Shown one piece after another: positions 7,888 to 16,656 of a stretch of 24,000 nucleotides of DNA. Source of the DNA: Colwellia sp. MB02u-6. Lineage in GTDB: Bacteria; Pseudomonadota; Gammaproteobacteria; Enterobacterales; Alteromonadaceae. The stretch lies in assembly GCF_014077095.1 (NCBI RefSeq), contig NZ_JACGVG010000029.1:103625-127624 (forward strand). Reading direction: 5' to 3'. A model generated the notes under the pieces. That model was given only the letters and a program-made list of their open reading frames with translations. It had not been told where the DNA came from and did not search any database. Position 1 is the stretch's first letter. Each line of letters starts with the position of its first letter. The position numbers were made by a program, and so were the translations under genes.

Positions 7888-9132
7888 ATGAAATTATTAA
7901 AAACAAGAATAGCAACTGCGCTTATCGTTGCATTTGCGGTGACTGGCAGCGCCACGGCAGAAGATGTACTTGGTGACCTAATGGCAAAAGATGTGCCTGG
8001 TAACCTAGTAATCATCAGCCAAGAAACACTTGAAGGCGCAGAATTAGGCAATGTTACCAGCGTTGTTCAAGGCGGTGATATGAATAGGGCGCAGGTAATG
8101 ATCGTGGGTGATGCTAACGCCGCAGATATTAGCCAAGAGGATAGTTCTTACGGCATTGTGAATGCCGCCGTTAATGGTCAAAACAACAGCGTTAATGTTG
8201 GCCAAGCGGGTGAGAACAATACTTTAGATACAACTATTACCGGTAATGCTAACCAGGTGAGCTTTAGCCAGAGGTACTCGTCTTCAAGTATAATACGTGG
8301 TGCTGTCAATGGTGACGACAATCGCATTGATGTTAACTCTGACCAAGGTGATAACTTGACTGATTACACTATCAATGGTTCAAGCAACCGCATAGGAAAT
8401 TACCAATATGAGTCCGGTGAATCAGTTGTCACCATCAATGGTTTTAATAACAGTGTTCACAGTTTTATAGCTGGAGGCAGTGTTAGTACCTTAATTGAAG
8501 GTTCATTCAACAATCTTTGGATCGATAGTCATAATTTTGGGCAAAGTGGTAACAACGTTTCTGCCGTCATAGTTGGTGACCGTCAGTATGTTGACATTAT
8601 GCAATGGGGTGAGAGTAACACTATAGAGTTAAGTTCCCTTGGCAATGCTGGCTCTAGTCATAGCTCTTTCCATCAAGGTGGTGATTTAAACACGCTTGTT
8701 GCGGACGTATCTGGTAGCTACAATGACTTAAACGTTGGGCAAGACGGTTCTAATAACTTTGCTTCGGTGATAGCTTCTGGTGAGAACACTAGAGTTAGTT
8801 TTAGGCAATCTGGTACCGAAAACCAAGCAAATATTGACGATCTTGAGGGTATGGGCAACAACATTAACGCCCAGCAACAAGGTGCTTTAAACGTACTTGA
8901 TTTAGTTGCTAGCGGTGAAAGCAACTCAATAGATATTAGGCAAGAAGGCAGCGCGAACGGGTTTACTGCAAAAGACGGCGGTGCTTTCCAGGTGACGGCT
9001 AGCCTTGCTTCGTTTGATCTTGCACAAGTTGGTAATAATAATCTGGTTACGGGCGTGATGGCGGGTGCTAATGGAACAGTATCAATTTCACAAACAGGAG
9101 ACTTTAACGTCGTAAACATTAGCCAAATGTAA
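7888..9132 (+). CDS. csgA: major curlin subunit CsgA-like, expanded (414 aa)
   Basis: Sec signal peptide MKLLKTRIATALIVAFAVTGSATA. The rest is many imperfect ~20-24-aa Q/N/G/S-rich curlin-type repeats (e.g. NSVNVGQAGENNTLD, NDLNVGQDGSNNFASV, NSIDIRQEGSANGF, VSISQTGDFNVVNISQ). Located between csgB and csgEFG. Confidence 0.85.
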   Translation: MKLLKTRIATALIVAFAVTGSATAEDVLGDLMAKDVPGNLVIISQETLEGAELGNVTSVVQGGDMNRAQVMIVGDANAADISQEDSSYGIVNAAVNGQNNSVNVGQAGENNTLDTTITGNANQVSFSQRYSSSSIIRGAVNGDDNRIDVNSDQGDNLTDYTINGSSNRIGNYQYESGESVVTINGFNNSVHSFIAGGSVSTLIEGSFNNLWIDSHNFGQSGNNVSAVIVGDRQYVDIMQWGESNTIELSSLGNAGSSHSSFHQGGDLNTLVADVSGSYNDLNVGQDGSNNFASVIASGENTRVSFRQSGTENQANIDDLEGMGNNINAQQQGALNVLDLVASGESNSIDIRQEGSANGFTAKDGGAFQVTASLASFDLAQVGNNNLVTGVMAGANGTVSISQTGDFNVVNISQM

Positions 9133-9150
9133 GGCAAACCTCTAGCTAAA

Positions 9151-9179
9151 GAGCCCTGTTTTAATAGGGCCCTTTTTTT
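9151..9179 (+). terminator. hairpin plus T-run between csgA and csgE
   Basis: GAGCCCT-GTTTTAAT-AGGGCC followed by T7, starting 19 bp after the csgA stop. Confidence 0.55.
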
Positions 9180-9234
9180 AAAGCACTGCCATCCATTTTT
9201 AAAATAAACATGAGCAAACTTATATGATGGTGAT

Positions 9235-9624
9235 ATGAAGAATTTCATTTTTAAATATGGCCTAATGGCTTGGCTATGCTGCTCAACGGTGACTATGGCC
9301 CAAGAGATTCCAATTTCAGGACTCATTATTGATAGCACTATTAGCCGGCAGGGTCACGATTTCGCCAATCAATTAAGTCGTTTTTGGCAAGATATCCCAA
9401 ATACCTTTGGTAAAAATGTTGTGGTTAAAGAAATTATCCTGCCTCAAGCGGGCACACAAGTCGACGTGATTTTTGATAAAAAAATTATCTATCGTACTAA
9501 TTTTGGCAGACGCTTATTGCCACTGGACGAAAAAGTAAATCAAGCAGTGGTCAGATTAGTGAATGCGGTTGCGCAAACATATGCTGAAGAGGAAAATCCC
9601 GACTTGGCAGGTGATGAGTGGTAA
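9235..9624 (+). CDS. csgE: curli secretion specificity factor CsgE
   Basis: 129 aa with a signal peptide. GLIIDSTISRQGHDFANQLSRFW and the C-terminal DLAGDEW match my recollection of E. coli CsgE ([23 protein letters not shown] ... DLAHDEF). Confidence 0.9.
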   Translation: MKNFIFKYGLMAWLCCSTVTMAQEIPISGLIIDSTISRQGHDFANQLSRFWQDIPNTFGKNVVVKEIILPQAGTQVDVIFDKKIIYRTNFGRRLLPLDEKVNQAVVRLVNAVAQTYAEEENPDLAGDEW

Positions 9625-9628
9625 GTAT

Positions 9629-10066
9629 ATGAAAAATATGATAATAATATTTAGCCTATTTGCCCTAATGGAACAGGCAGTAAGTTCAGAGCTTGTTTAT
9701 ACCCCCATTAACCCTAGTTTTGGCGGTAACCCTATGAATGGCAGCATTTTATTGAATAAAGCCAACGGGCAAAATACCCATTCAGCGTCAAGCAATGAAA
9801 GAAGTTATGGTGATAGATTACAAGAGTCCCTAGAAAGAGCATACATTAATAAAGTTGTTAGGGAGGTGACAGACCTCGCGTTTGGTGAGCAGCAATTAGA
9901 CGAAAATGGCGTGCCCGTAGCGAGTATATTTGATAATAATTCTCTTTTTGTTAGTGGTGACTTTCAGGTAGAACTTATTACCTCTAATCCCGATAGTTTA
10001 ACCGTTCAAATAACCAATATTTTGACGGGTGAAATAACTATTGTTGAAATTCCCAGGTTTGGATAA
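9629..10066 (+). CDS. csgF: curli assembly component CsgF
   Basis: Start is taken at the internal ATG 9629 (MKNMIIIFSLFALMEQAVS signal peptide). The ORF-track start at 9563 overlaps csgE. YTPINPSFGGNPMNGSILLNKANGQN matches the conserved CsgF N-terminus ([24 protein letters not shown] in E. coli). Confidence 0.9.
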   Translation: MKNMIIIFSLFALMEQAVSSELVYTPINPSFGGNPMNGSILLNKANGQNTHSASSNERSYGDRLQESLERAYINKVVREVTDLAFGEQQLDENGVPVASIFDNNSLFVSGDFQVELITSNPDSLTVQITNILTGEITIVEIPRFG

Positions 10067-10070
10067 AAAA

Positions 10071-10844
10071 ATGAAGACTTCTTTAATAGTAGCCATCAGT
10101 TTTATGGTGTTAAGTGCTTGCTCCTCCATTACAAATTTGATGCCGCCAAATAAACAACCCGCCACAGTTATTGAAGTCGCCGATACGTTAAGTGATTTAA
10201 AAAACTTGCCTAAAGCGGGTGGCAAAATTGCGGTATCCGTTTACGGATTTAGAGACCAAACAGGTCAATACAAGGCATCGTCTGGTTCCAGTTCTTTCTC
10301 TACCGCCGTAACGCAAGGGGCTACGTCTATACTCGTGCAGACCCTGGGAGAAACGGATTGGTTCTTGCCTGTTGAACGAGAGGGATTACAAAACATATTA
10401 ACCGAACGTAAAATAGTTAGGGCCGCGATTAAAGGCGATAACACCAATTCAGCATTACCGCCATTGACGACAGCTAAAATTATCATTGAGGGTGGTATTG
10501 TTAGCTATGATACCAATATAAGAACAGGTGGTTTAGGTGCTGAATATTTTGGTATTAGCTCTTCGACTTTATACCGAGAAGACCAAATTACCGTATTTAT
10601 GCGTGCAGTTGATGTGAGGACCGGGCAGGTTTTAGTCTCGGTGTCCACCAGTAAAAAAGTACTCAGCCAAGAAGTTCGAGCAGGTTTGTTTCGGTATATA
10701 TCATACAAGCGTTTACTTGAATTGGAGGCTGGATACACAACTAATGAGCCTATGTTTGAATGTGTTAAGCAAAGCATAGAAAAAGCAGTGAGTGAGCTGG
10801 TACTGAAAGGCATCGACCGAGGTGTATGGAGAGCGCGGGTTTAA
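10071..10844 (+). CDS. csgG: curli secretion channel lipoprotein CsgG
   Basis: Start is taken at ATG 10071, giving a lipoprotein signal with lipobox LSAC. Long collinear similarity to E. coli CsgG as I recall it (VSVY.F.DQTGQ.K, FSTAV.Q.AT..LV..L, ERQGLQN.L.ERKI.RAA, GG.GA.YFGI, RLLE.E.GYT.NEP). Confidence 0.93.
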   Translation: MKTSLIVAISFMVLSACSSITNLMPPNKQPATVIEVADTLSDLKNLPKAGGKIAVSVYGFRDQTGQYKASSGSSSFSTAVTQGATSILVQTLGETDWFLPVEREGLQNILTERKIVRAAIKGDNTNSALPPLTTAKIIIEGGIVSYDTNIRTGGLGAEYFGISSSTLYREDQITVFMRAVDVRTGQVLVSVSTSKKVLSQEVRAGLFRYISYKRLLELEAGYTTNEPMFECVKQSIEKAVSELVLKGIDRGVWRARV

Positions 10845-11107
10845 TTATAGTTAAGACCAGCGAATACTAAGGTCTATAAAGTAGCAAAAGTGAATGTGCA
10901 GATCCAACTGAACTCACCGCTTATTACTGCCTGTCAGGTTTAGTAATTTTGACTCTCGCTTACGAGCCGATTGTACAATTCATTTCTTATATTAGTTGCT
11001 AATAACAATTGTAAATGTGTTTCTGTTGAACAATATAAACTCATTTATTAAGTTAAGCTATCCACTCTAAAGAAAGTTTAACTATTTCATTCCAGTGCCT
11101 AAACTCT

Positions 11108-11243
11108 TGCCATTCAGCCCGTTACATTAAAAAACCCGCTAATCAAAAGATTAGCGGGTTTTTGTTTTCTACAGCAAAAATGATTATTAGAGCTCTAGCG
11201 CGAATCCGATACTTAGAGTTCAAATCTTTATCTCAACGCTACA
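11108..11243 (+). repeat. fourth, diverged copy of the tRNA-Ser-derived module (terminator hairpin plus pseudo tRNA 3' end)
   Basis: AAAAACCCGCTAATCAAAAGATTAGCGGGTTTTTG matches the unit hairpin, with a compensatory extra C:G pair. Downstream, CTAGCGCGAATCC...AGAGTTCAAATCTTTATCTCAACGCTACA aligns with TATAGCGCTAATC...AGGGTTCAAATCCCTATCTCACCGCCA. Same orientation as the tRNA. Confidence 0.8.
11129..11169. terminator. bidirectional rho-independent terminator between csgG and radD
   Basis: 10-bp perfect stem CCCGCTAATC/GATTAGCGGG with loop AAAA, flanked by A6 on the left and T5GT4 on the right. It lies between two convergent genes. Confidence 0.7.
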
Positions 11244-11385
11244 TTTAGACAACCAGTTAATTTTATTTTTTTAAAGCATTCTGGTTAAGTTTGTGCATTC
11301 ATGTTTTTTCCTTGGTACGTCTAAGTTCAGTAGGTTAAGTTCATTAGGCTAATCACTATTTTTATTGTGCTTTTAGTCATTGAGT

Positions 11386-13284
11386 TTATTTGAGCTCATT
11401 GGCTTTTCGGTGTTTACCTTGATAGTCAAAAAGTCTGTCTTTAATACGCCAGTAGTACTTTTGTTTTCTGGCAATGACAAAATCTGGGCACGGCAATATG
11501 TTAGCTAACTTTAATGCTTGTTCAAGATTAGTGACTTCAAACGACTCCGTTGAACCCAGTTGAACACTGATTTTAGCGCTAAGGCGTTTAGAAAAAATAT
11601 CATTGAACGCTTTAACTTGATTCGGCTTAGTAAAGTCAAAAGATTCATTGAGTTCAGCGCCTTCCTCATCATGGTAAGTGACTTTTAACTTATCAGCGTC
11701 CTTATCACTAACCTTGCCATTAACTCTGGTTAAATTAAGACCTGCGCAGCGAATAATTTTTGAATCTTTAAGTTGCAGTGCCTTTTTTAACATATCATCG
11801 GGGTCAACCAAGACCTGAAGGCACTGTAAACAGTTACGAGCAGCTATGTCATTTTCACCACCGCAGTGAGGGCATTCTTTAAATACAAAACGATAGTCAC
11901 ATTGACTCTGGCTTTCTAGTAGGTATGCTTGCTCTTCATTTGGAGCATCGACGAGACCTTGGCATCGTCGGCCGTAGTGTTCCACTAAATAACCGTCATC
12001 ATCACAAATACCCCAAAATATATTGGGAAATTGACAACTTGGGCAAACAACTTGAACTGGCTGACTTTTACCATTCGGCTTTTTCTCGCCAACTTCGGGA
12101 TGATAGAGGTCAAAATCATTGCCCGTATAGTCAATCACCAAGCAATCTTTTTTGTTATCACTCAAACGCAGACCACGACCGATGATTTGCTGATAGAGAC
12201 TAACTGATTGTGTTGGACGTAATATCGCAATCATATCGACATGGGGCGCATCAAAACCAGTGGTTAATACTGAAACATTAACCAGATATTTAATTTCTTT
12301 ACGTTTGAATGCCTTAATTAACTTATCGCGCTCAGTGTTGTCGGTAGCCCCGGTAATTAACGCACTCAATTTGGCGGGTAAATAACTAAAGACTTCCTTT
12401 GCATGTTCAACGGTAGCGGCAAATATCATAATACCTTGACGTTTATGGCCTAACTCGATGACCTGTTCAATAATACCTTGAGTCACCCGAGGATTTTTGT
12501 TTAGTAGATGATTAATATCTGTAGGACTATATTCACCAGAGGCGTTTGCTCGCAGGCTACTAAAATCATAATGCTCTATGGTGGCATCGACTAAATTGGG
12601 TTCGGTTAAATACTGGCGTTTAATTAAGTAACGAAGTGGTAGTTCATAAATACAGTGCTCAAAAGGTCGCTTTTCTTCACTTCGCATAAAACCACGATAA
12701 TGCTTTTTATAAATCCAGCCCATGCCTAAACGATAAGGGGTTGCGGTTAAACCCAATAATTTCACTTCGGGATTCACTTGCATTAATTTTTCAATGATTT
12801 GTTGATACTGATTACTATTGGACAGCTTGCTTGCTGTTTCTTGTGATTGCTCTTTGGACTCACCTTTAGGTTTACTTTTAGCTTCGTCTTTAGCCAACTC
12901 AGTGCTGGCCAAATTAACTCTATGGCATTCGTCAATAATAATTAAGGAGTAGGGCTCACTAAAGTCATCTAGATTACGGGCTGCCGATTGTATGCTGGCG
13001 AACGTGACTTGGTACTGAGTTTCTTTTAGTTTTAATCCCGCAGAATAAATACCGGCAGTAACACCATAGCTTTCATATTTTTGATGATTTTGCTCGACCA
13101 GTTCTTTCACATGGGTGAGCACCAGTATTTTTCGCTTTGCCAAGCGAGCAAGCTCGGCAATGACCAGACTTTTACCCGAGCCTGTAGGTAAAACAATCAC
13201 CGCAGATTCGTTGGTTTTTCGAAAGTGTTTGAGCACCGCAGAAACGGCTTCTTGTTGATAATCTCTAAGTTGAAAAACTGCCAC
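11386..13284 (-). CDS. radD: SF2 DNA repair helicase RadD (YejH)-like with C-terminal zinc-ribbon region
   Basis: 632 aa with a GTG start. Motif I is VLPTGSGKSL, motif II is IIIDECH, and LTATPYR and VLTTGFDAPHVD are also present. Cys clusters CPSCQF...C and CPHCGGEND..ARNCLQC. Near end-to-end collinearity with E. coli RadD/YejH as I recall it (LRPYQQEAV..., CIYELPLRYMIK, SLYQQIVGRGLRL). Confidence 0.85.
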   Translation of the reverse strand: MAVFQLRDYQQEAVSAVLKHFRKTNESAVIVLPTGSGKSLVIAELARLAKRKILVLTHVKELVEQNHQKYESYGVTAGIYSAGLKLKETQYQVTFASIQSAARNLDDFSEPYSLIIIDECHRVNLASTELAKDEAKSKPKGESKEQSQETASKLSNSNQYQQIIEKLMQVNPEVKLLGLTATPYRLGMGWIYKKHYRGFMRSEEKRPFEHCIYELPLRYLIKRQYLTEPNLVDATIEHYDFSSLRANASGEYSPTDINHLLNKNPRVTQGIIEQVIELGHKRQGIMIFAATVEHAKEVFSYLPAKLSALITGATDNTERDKLIKAFKRKEIKYLVNVSVLTTGFDAPHVDMIAILRPTQSVSLYQQIIGRGLRLSDNKKDCLVIDYTGNDFDLYHPEVGEKKPNGKSQPVQVVCPSCQFPNIFWGICDDDGYLVEHYGRRCQGLVDAPNEEQAYLLESQSQCDYRFVFKECPHCGGENDIAARNCLQCLQVLVDPDDMLKKALQLKDSKIIRCAGLNLTRVNGKVSDKDADKLKVTYHDEEGAELNESFDFTKPNQVKAFNDIFSKRLSAKISVQLGSTESFEVTNLEQALKLANILPCPDFVIARKQKYYWRIKDRLFDYQGKHRKANELK

Positions 13285-13680
13285 GCAGTGCTACTGCCTT
13301 ATAGGGAACGGATAGCCGCTATAATAGCAAAAGAGTAGATAATTCTAAAATTTAAAGCCAACTTTAAGCCTTCATTAGTTTGCTGGGGGGTAATTTAGAG
13401 AGTAGGGCTTAAAAAGAGAGTAAACTGCTGCGCACAACTGGGAATATCATAGAGGTAATTGAGCCTTAATAAGGTTTTTCTACAAAAAAGTAATACAAAG
13501 TAGTAGTGAGAGGCAGTTGCACAATCTTTTTTTCAGTCCACTGCCAATAATTAAGAAGTTTTTCATAAAAATCAAACCGGGTATTTATCTGTTTGATTTC
13601 TTATCTATAGTGATCATGAGTTTACTCTAGTGGTAATTTCATTGAATAAAGTCAATGCCATATTTGGCCATTCTTCCTGT

Positions 13681-13720
13681 CAAACTATAAAATTACTAAT
13701 TGAAAGGTTAGAGGTTTTTT
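13681..13720 (+). repeat. fifth, decayed copy of the module 5' part (post-tRNA junction plus hairpin)
   Basis: CAAACTATAAAATTACTAATTGAAAGGTTAGAGGTTTTTT versus CAAACTATAAAAAACCGCTAATCGAAAGATTAGCGGTTTTTT. AACTATAAAA is exact, and the hairpin region matches 22 of 25 positions by eye. A weaker continuation (TAGGTGTTCTA versus TTAGTGTTCTA) runs to ~13790. Confidence 0.6.
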
Positions 13721-13877
13721 GGTGTTAAATTTATTGAACAGCGCAATAGGTGTTCTATCACTGCAATAAAGGGAACAAGTCTCTATAAATATGGTTAAGT
13801 TGAAATCAATGTTTTAGATCCAACGACACAACTAGCTTGTGTAATAAAAAATAACAAAATAATTAAAGGAGAATGTT

Positions 13878-13967
13878 ATGAATAGAAGGTTTTATATGGC
13901 ACCTTTAAATTTTATAGACATTTTAACGCAAGGTAAAAAAGTGATTGTTATCTTTATATATAATTAA
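13878..13967 (+). CDS. hypothetical 29-codon small ORF with strong Shine-Dalgarno
   Basis: AAGGAG (13866-13871) lies 6 nt upstream of the ATG. It encodes MNRRFYMAPLNFIDILTQGKKVIVIFIYN and is followed by a T-rich tract. It is the only SD-preceded ORF I could find in a 1-kb ORF-free gap. No homology recognised. Confidence 0.2.
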   Translation: MNRRFYMAPLNFIDILTQGKKVIVIFIYN

Positions 13968-14323
13968 TTTTTTTATTTTTAGCAAAAGCATTTAAAAACT
14001 CAAAGCGTTATTGCGTTAGTTTATTGTCTAGTACGTCATCTTGAAAAATTGTGAAATTAAGTGACACTAAAGCTGATACAACTGCGGTAATTGATCTCAA
14101 AAATAACCTTAAACGTATAAAAAAACTTAAGCTTATAAAACAAGTAAAACAGCCAGCCATGATTAAATCCCAACGATAGATAAAATTAAAATTGTCAAAA
14201 CGTAAATGGTATTGATTGTTAAAAAGTTCAATGCCGCTAAAGTGTTACGATGAATAAATAAAAATACCAACGGGTTATTCTACAAGCTATTTATACAAAT
14301 CAGTGGCGTTATAGGAAAATTAT

Positions 14324-14962
14324 ATGCTTCGATGGATTATTTTACTGTTTAGCGTAATCACCTGTATTAATGCTAAATCTTCTACCAATTTAACCTCATT
14401 AAACAACAACGGTATTGCACTGTGGGAAACTAAAGTATTCTCTGGCAAATCGATTTACACTATAAACCAGCATCAAGGACGCTTGGCACTGCAAGCACTC
14501 AGTCAGAGTTCTGCATCTGGATTGGTGTTGAAAAGTAAAATTGATCTGACTATAACGCCTTACATAAACTGGAGTTGGTTAGTAGAAAAAACCTTACATG
14601 GGTTAAACGAACGTAGTAAAAGTGGGGATGACTTCGTCGCTAGAGTTTACCTGGTCATCGATGGTGGCTTTATGCTTTGGAAGACCAAATCATTAAACTA
14701 TGTGTGGTCGAGTAATCAGGCTAAAGACTTGGTTTGGGATAATCCCTTTGCTGGTTCAAGTGTTAAAATGATGTCTGTTCAAGGGAAGCAATCTCAAACA
14801 GGTAAGTGGTACGAAGAAAAGCGTAATGTATACCGAGATTTGATTGATACATTTGATGATCAAGGTAGTGAAAAAGCAAACCTAAAAGCTTATAACTACA
14901 TAGACATTATAGCTATTTTGACAGACACCGATAATAGTGGGGAAAAAGCAGAGTCTTATTAG
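14324..14962 (+). CDS. secreted DUF3047-like protein
   Basis: 212 aa with signal peptide MLRWIILLFSVITCINA. SASGLVLKSKIDL, INWSW, KSGDDFVARVYLV, LNYVWSS and AILTDTDNSG match my recollection of the DUF3047 family pattern. The ORF ends at a TAG that is followed in frame by GDIVFSTQ-stop (see findings). Confidence 0.65.
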   Translation: MLRWIILLFSVITCINAKSSTNLTSLNNNGIALWETKVFSGKSIYTINQHQGRLALQALSQSSASGLVLKSKIDLTITPYINWSWLVEKTLHGLNERSKSGDDFVARVYLVIDGGFMLWKTKSLNYVWSSNQAKDLVWDNPFAGSSVKMMSVQGKQSQTGKWYEEKRNVYRDLIDTFDDQGSEKANLKAYNYIDIIAILTDTDNSGEKAESY

Positions 14963-15283
14963 GGTGATATTGTATTTAGTACCCAGTAATTATTTTACTA
15001 TTCAGTTTTAGGTGATATTTTTTGTCTGCTTAAATTAACCTGTTGTTTTTTATAGATATAAAAAATACGAGCAGAGCTATTCAAACTTAGCTGCAGTAAT
15101 CAACCTTTAAACGTCATTACTGGTGTAAACTTTTTAACCACACTAAGAGTATATTAGATGGAGGTTATCAGAAATATAGCTATGTAGATTTCAAGTGGTG
15201 AATTTTTTATGACCATCACTTGTTTCCATTATTGCCGCAGTGGAAACAAGCGTAATATAAACGCCCTACCAAAGGAGAATAAG

Positions 15284-15865
15284 ATGAGTAAAATTGTAGA
15301 TGAAGTAAAATCCGCCAATGCTGATTATGTCGCTGCATTTGGAGATAAAGGTGATCTGCCAATGCCACCTGGTAGGCAATTTGCCATTTTGACATGTATG
15401 GATGCACGCTTGGATCCAGCTAAATATGCAGGTCTTGCTGAAGGTGATGCACATGTAATTCGTAACGCAGGCGGCAGAGCAAGCGATGATGCTATTCGTT
15501 CATTAGTGATTTCTTATAAATTACTCGGCACAAAAGAATGGTTTGTTATCCATCATACTGATTGTGGTATGGAAACATTCTCAACTGAAATAATAGCAGA
15601 TTTACTTTCGAGTAGCCTTAAAACCTCAAGTGTTGATGCTTCTGGTTGGCATGACAGTAAAGCAGGCGGTGGTACAACTGATGGCAAGTACATTAATTGG
15701 CTCACCATCAGTGATCAAGACAAAAGTGTTTTGGAAGACGTTCAAAGGATAAGAAGTAATTCAATGGTGCCCAGCGAGATTCCAATTTATGGTTATATTT
15801 ATGACTGCAAAACTGGCAATCTTAATGAGGTGCTTGAAGCCACAGAAGCTGGAAAAGTAAGTTAA
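15284..15865 (+). CDS. beta-class carbonic anhydrase
   Basis: Start is taken at ATG 15284, with AAAGGAG 7 nt upstream; the track start at 15209 has no support. [10 protein letters not shown] (Cys/Asp/Arg), HVIRNAGGR and HHTDCGM (His/Cys zinc ligands) match small Rv1284-type beta-CAs. Confidence 0.85.
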   Translation: MSKIVDEVKSANADYVAAFGDKGDLPMPPGRQFAILTCMDARLDPAKYAGLAEGDAHVIRNAGGRASDDAIRSLVISYKLLGTKEWFVIHHTDCGMETFSTEIIADLLSSSLKTSSVDASGWHDSKAGGGTTDGKYINWLTISDQDKSVLEDVQRIRSNSMVPSEIPIYGYIYDCKTGNLNEVLEATEAGKVS

Positions 15866-16164
15866 AACAACTAATGTCAATCTCATTGGTTTTCTAATCA
15901 TTTTACCTGATGAAAACAACCAACTATGGCGTTGTTTGTTTAATAAGTACCGCTGCATGGTTGCAGTTTATTAGACAATTCAAGCACCTATTGTCCTGAA
16001 CAACGCGTTATTAAAATAACTGCCTTATATTGGTTTTTTTTTCTGCTTCGAAGGCCGGATAATTAATGAAACCGGTATAACAAAAAGCTGTACTTTAACA
16101 GTACAGAAAATTTATCCCCACATGCACAACAACTAAATGTGCTATTAACTGCACAGGAGATTTG

Positions 16165-16656
16165 ATGAAGTATTTTGCATACGGTTCAAACATGTCAATT
16201 TTAAGACTTCAAGAGCGGGTACCAAGTGCCAAAAGGCTTGATACAGTAACACTTAAAAACCACCAATTACGCTTTAATATGAGTGGCACTGATGGCTCTG
16301 GAAAGTGTGATTCTTTTCAAACAAATAATATCGAAGACATAGTCATTGGTGCTTTATTTGAGATAAACAGAGCTGAAAAAACAATCTTAGATCGCGCTGA
16401 AAGCTTAGGGTATGGATATGATGAAAAAATAGTTTCTGTACAAAATGACTTAGGTGAAGTCTTTAATGCTTTAATATACTGCGCAATTAATATAGACGAC
16501 TCATTAAAACCTTATTCTTGGTATTTAAATCACGTCATTATCGGAGCAAAGGAAAGTAAGCTGCCTACTGACTACCTTGCTGTAATTGAGTCTATTGTGT
16601 GTTTAGAAGACCCTAATAAAACGCAAGACGCAGAGCAACGTGCAATGTACAGTTAA
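16165..16656 (+). CDS. gamma-glutamylcyclotransferase / AIG2-like family protein
   Basis: 163 aa from ATG 16165, with GGAGA upstream. The N-terminal YFAYGSNM motif is characteristic of the GGCT fold family, and the size is typical. Confidence 0.75.
   Translation: MKYFAYGSNMSILRLQERVPSAKRLDTVTLKNHQLRFNMSGTDGSGKCDSFQTNNIEDIVIGALFEINRAEKTILDRAESLGYGYDEKIVSVQNDLGEVFNALIYCAINIDDSLKPYSWYLNHVIIGAKESKLPTDYLAVIESIVCLEDPNKTQDAEQRAMYS

Noticed and set aside
8718-9338. 206-aa ORF antisense to csgA, reaching into the csgE start
   Set aside because: It lies entirely antisense to a strongly supported curlin gene. It has no SD or recognisable domain. Long antisense ORFs are expected in repeat-rich, stop-poor sequence.
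9563-9628. Upstream extensions of csgF (9563), csgG (10041) and the beta-carbonic anhydrase (15209) as given in the ORF track
   Set aside because: The extensions overlap the preceding gene or lack an RBS. Internal Met codons give proper signal peptide or lipobox sequences (csgF, csgG), or an AAAGGAG-preceded start matching the family N-terminus (beta-CA).
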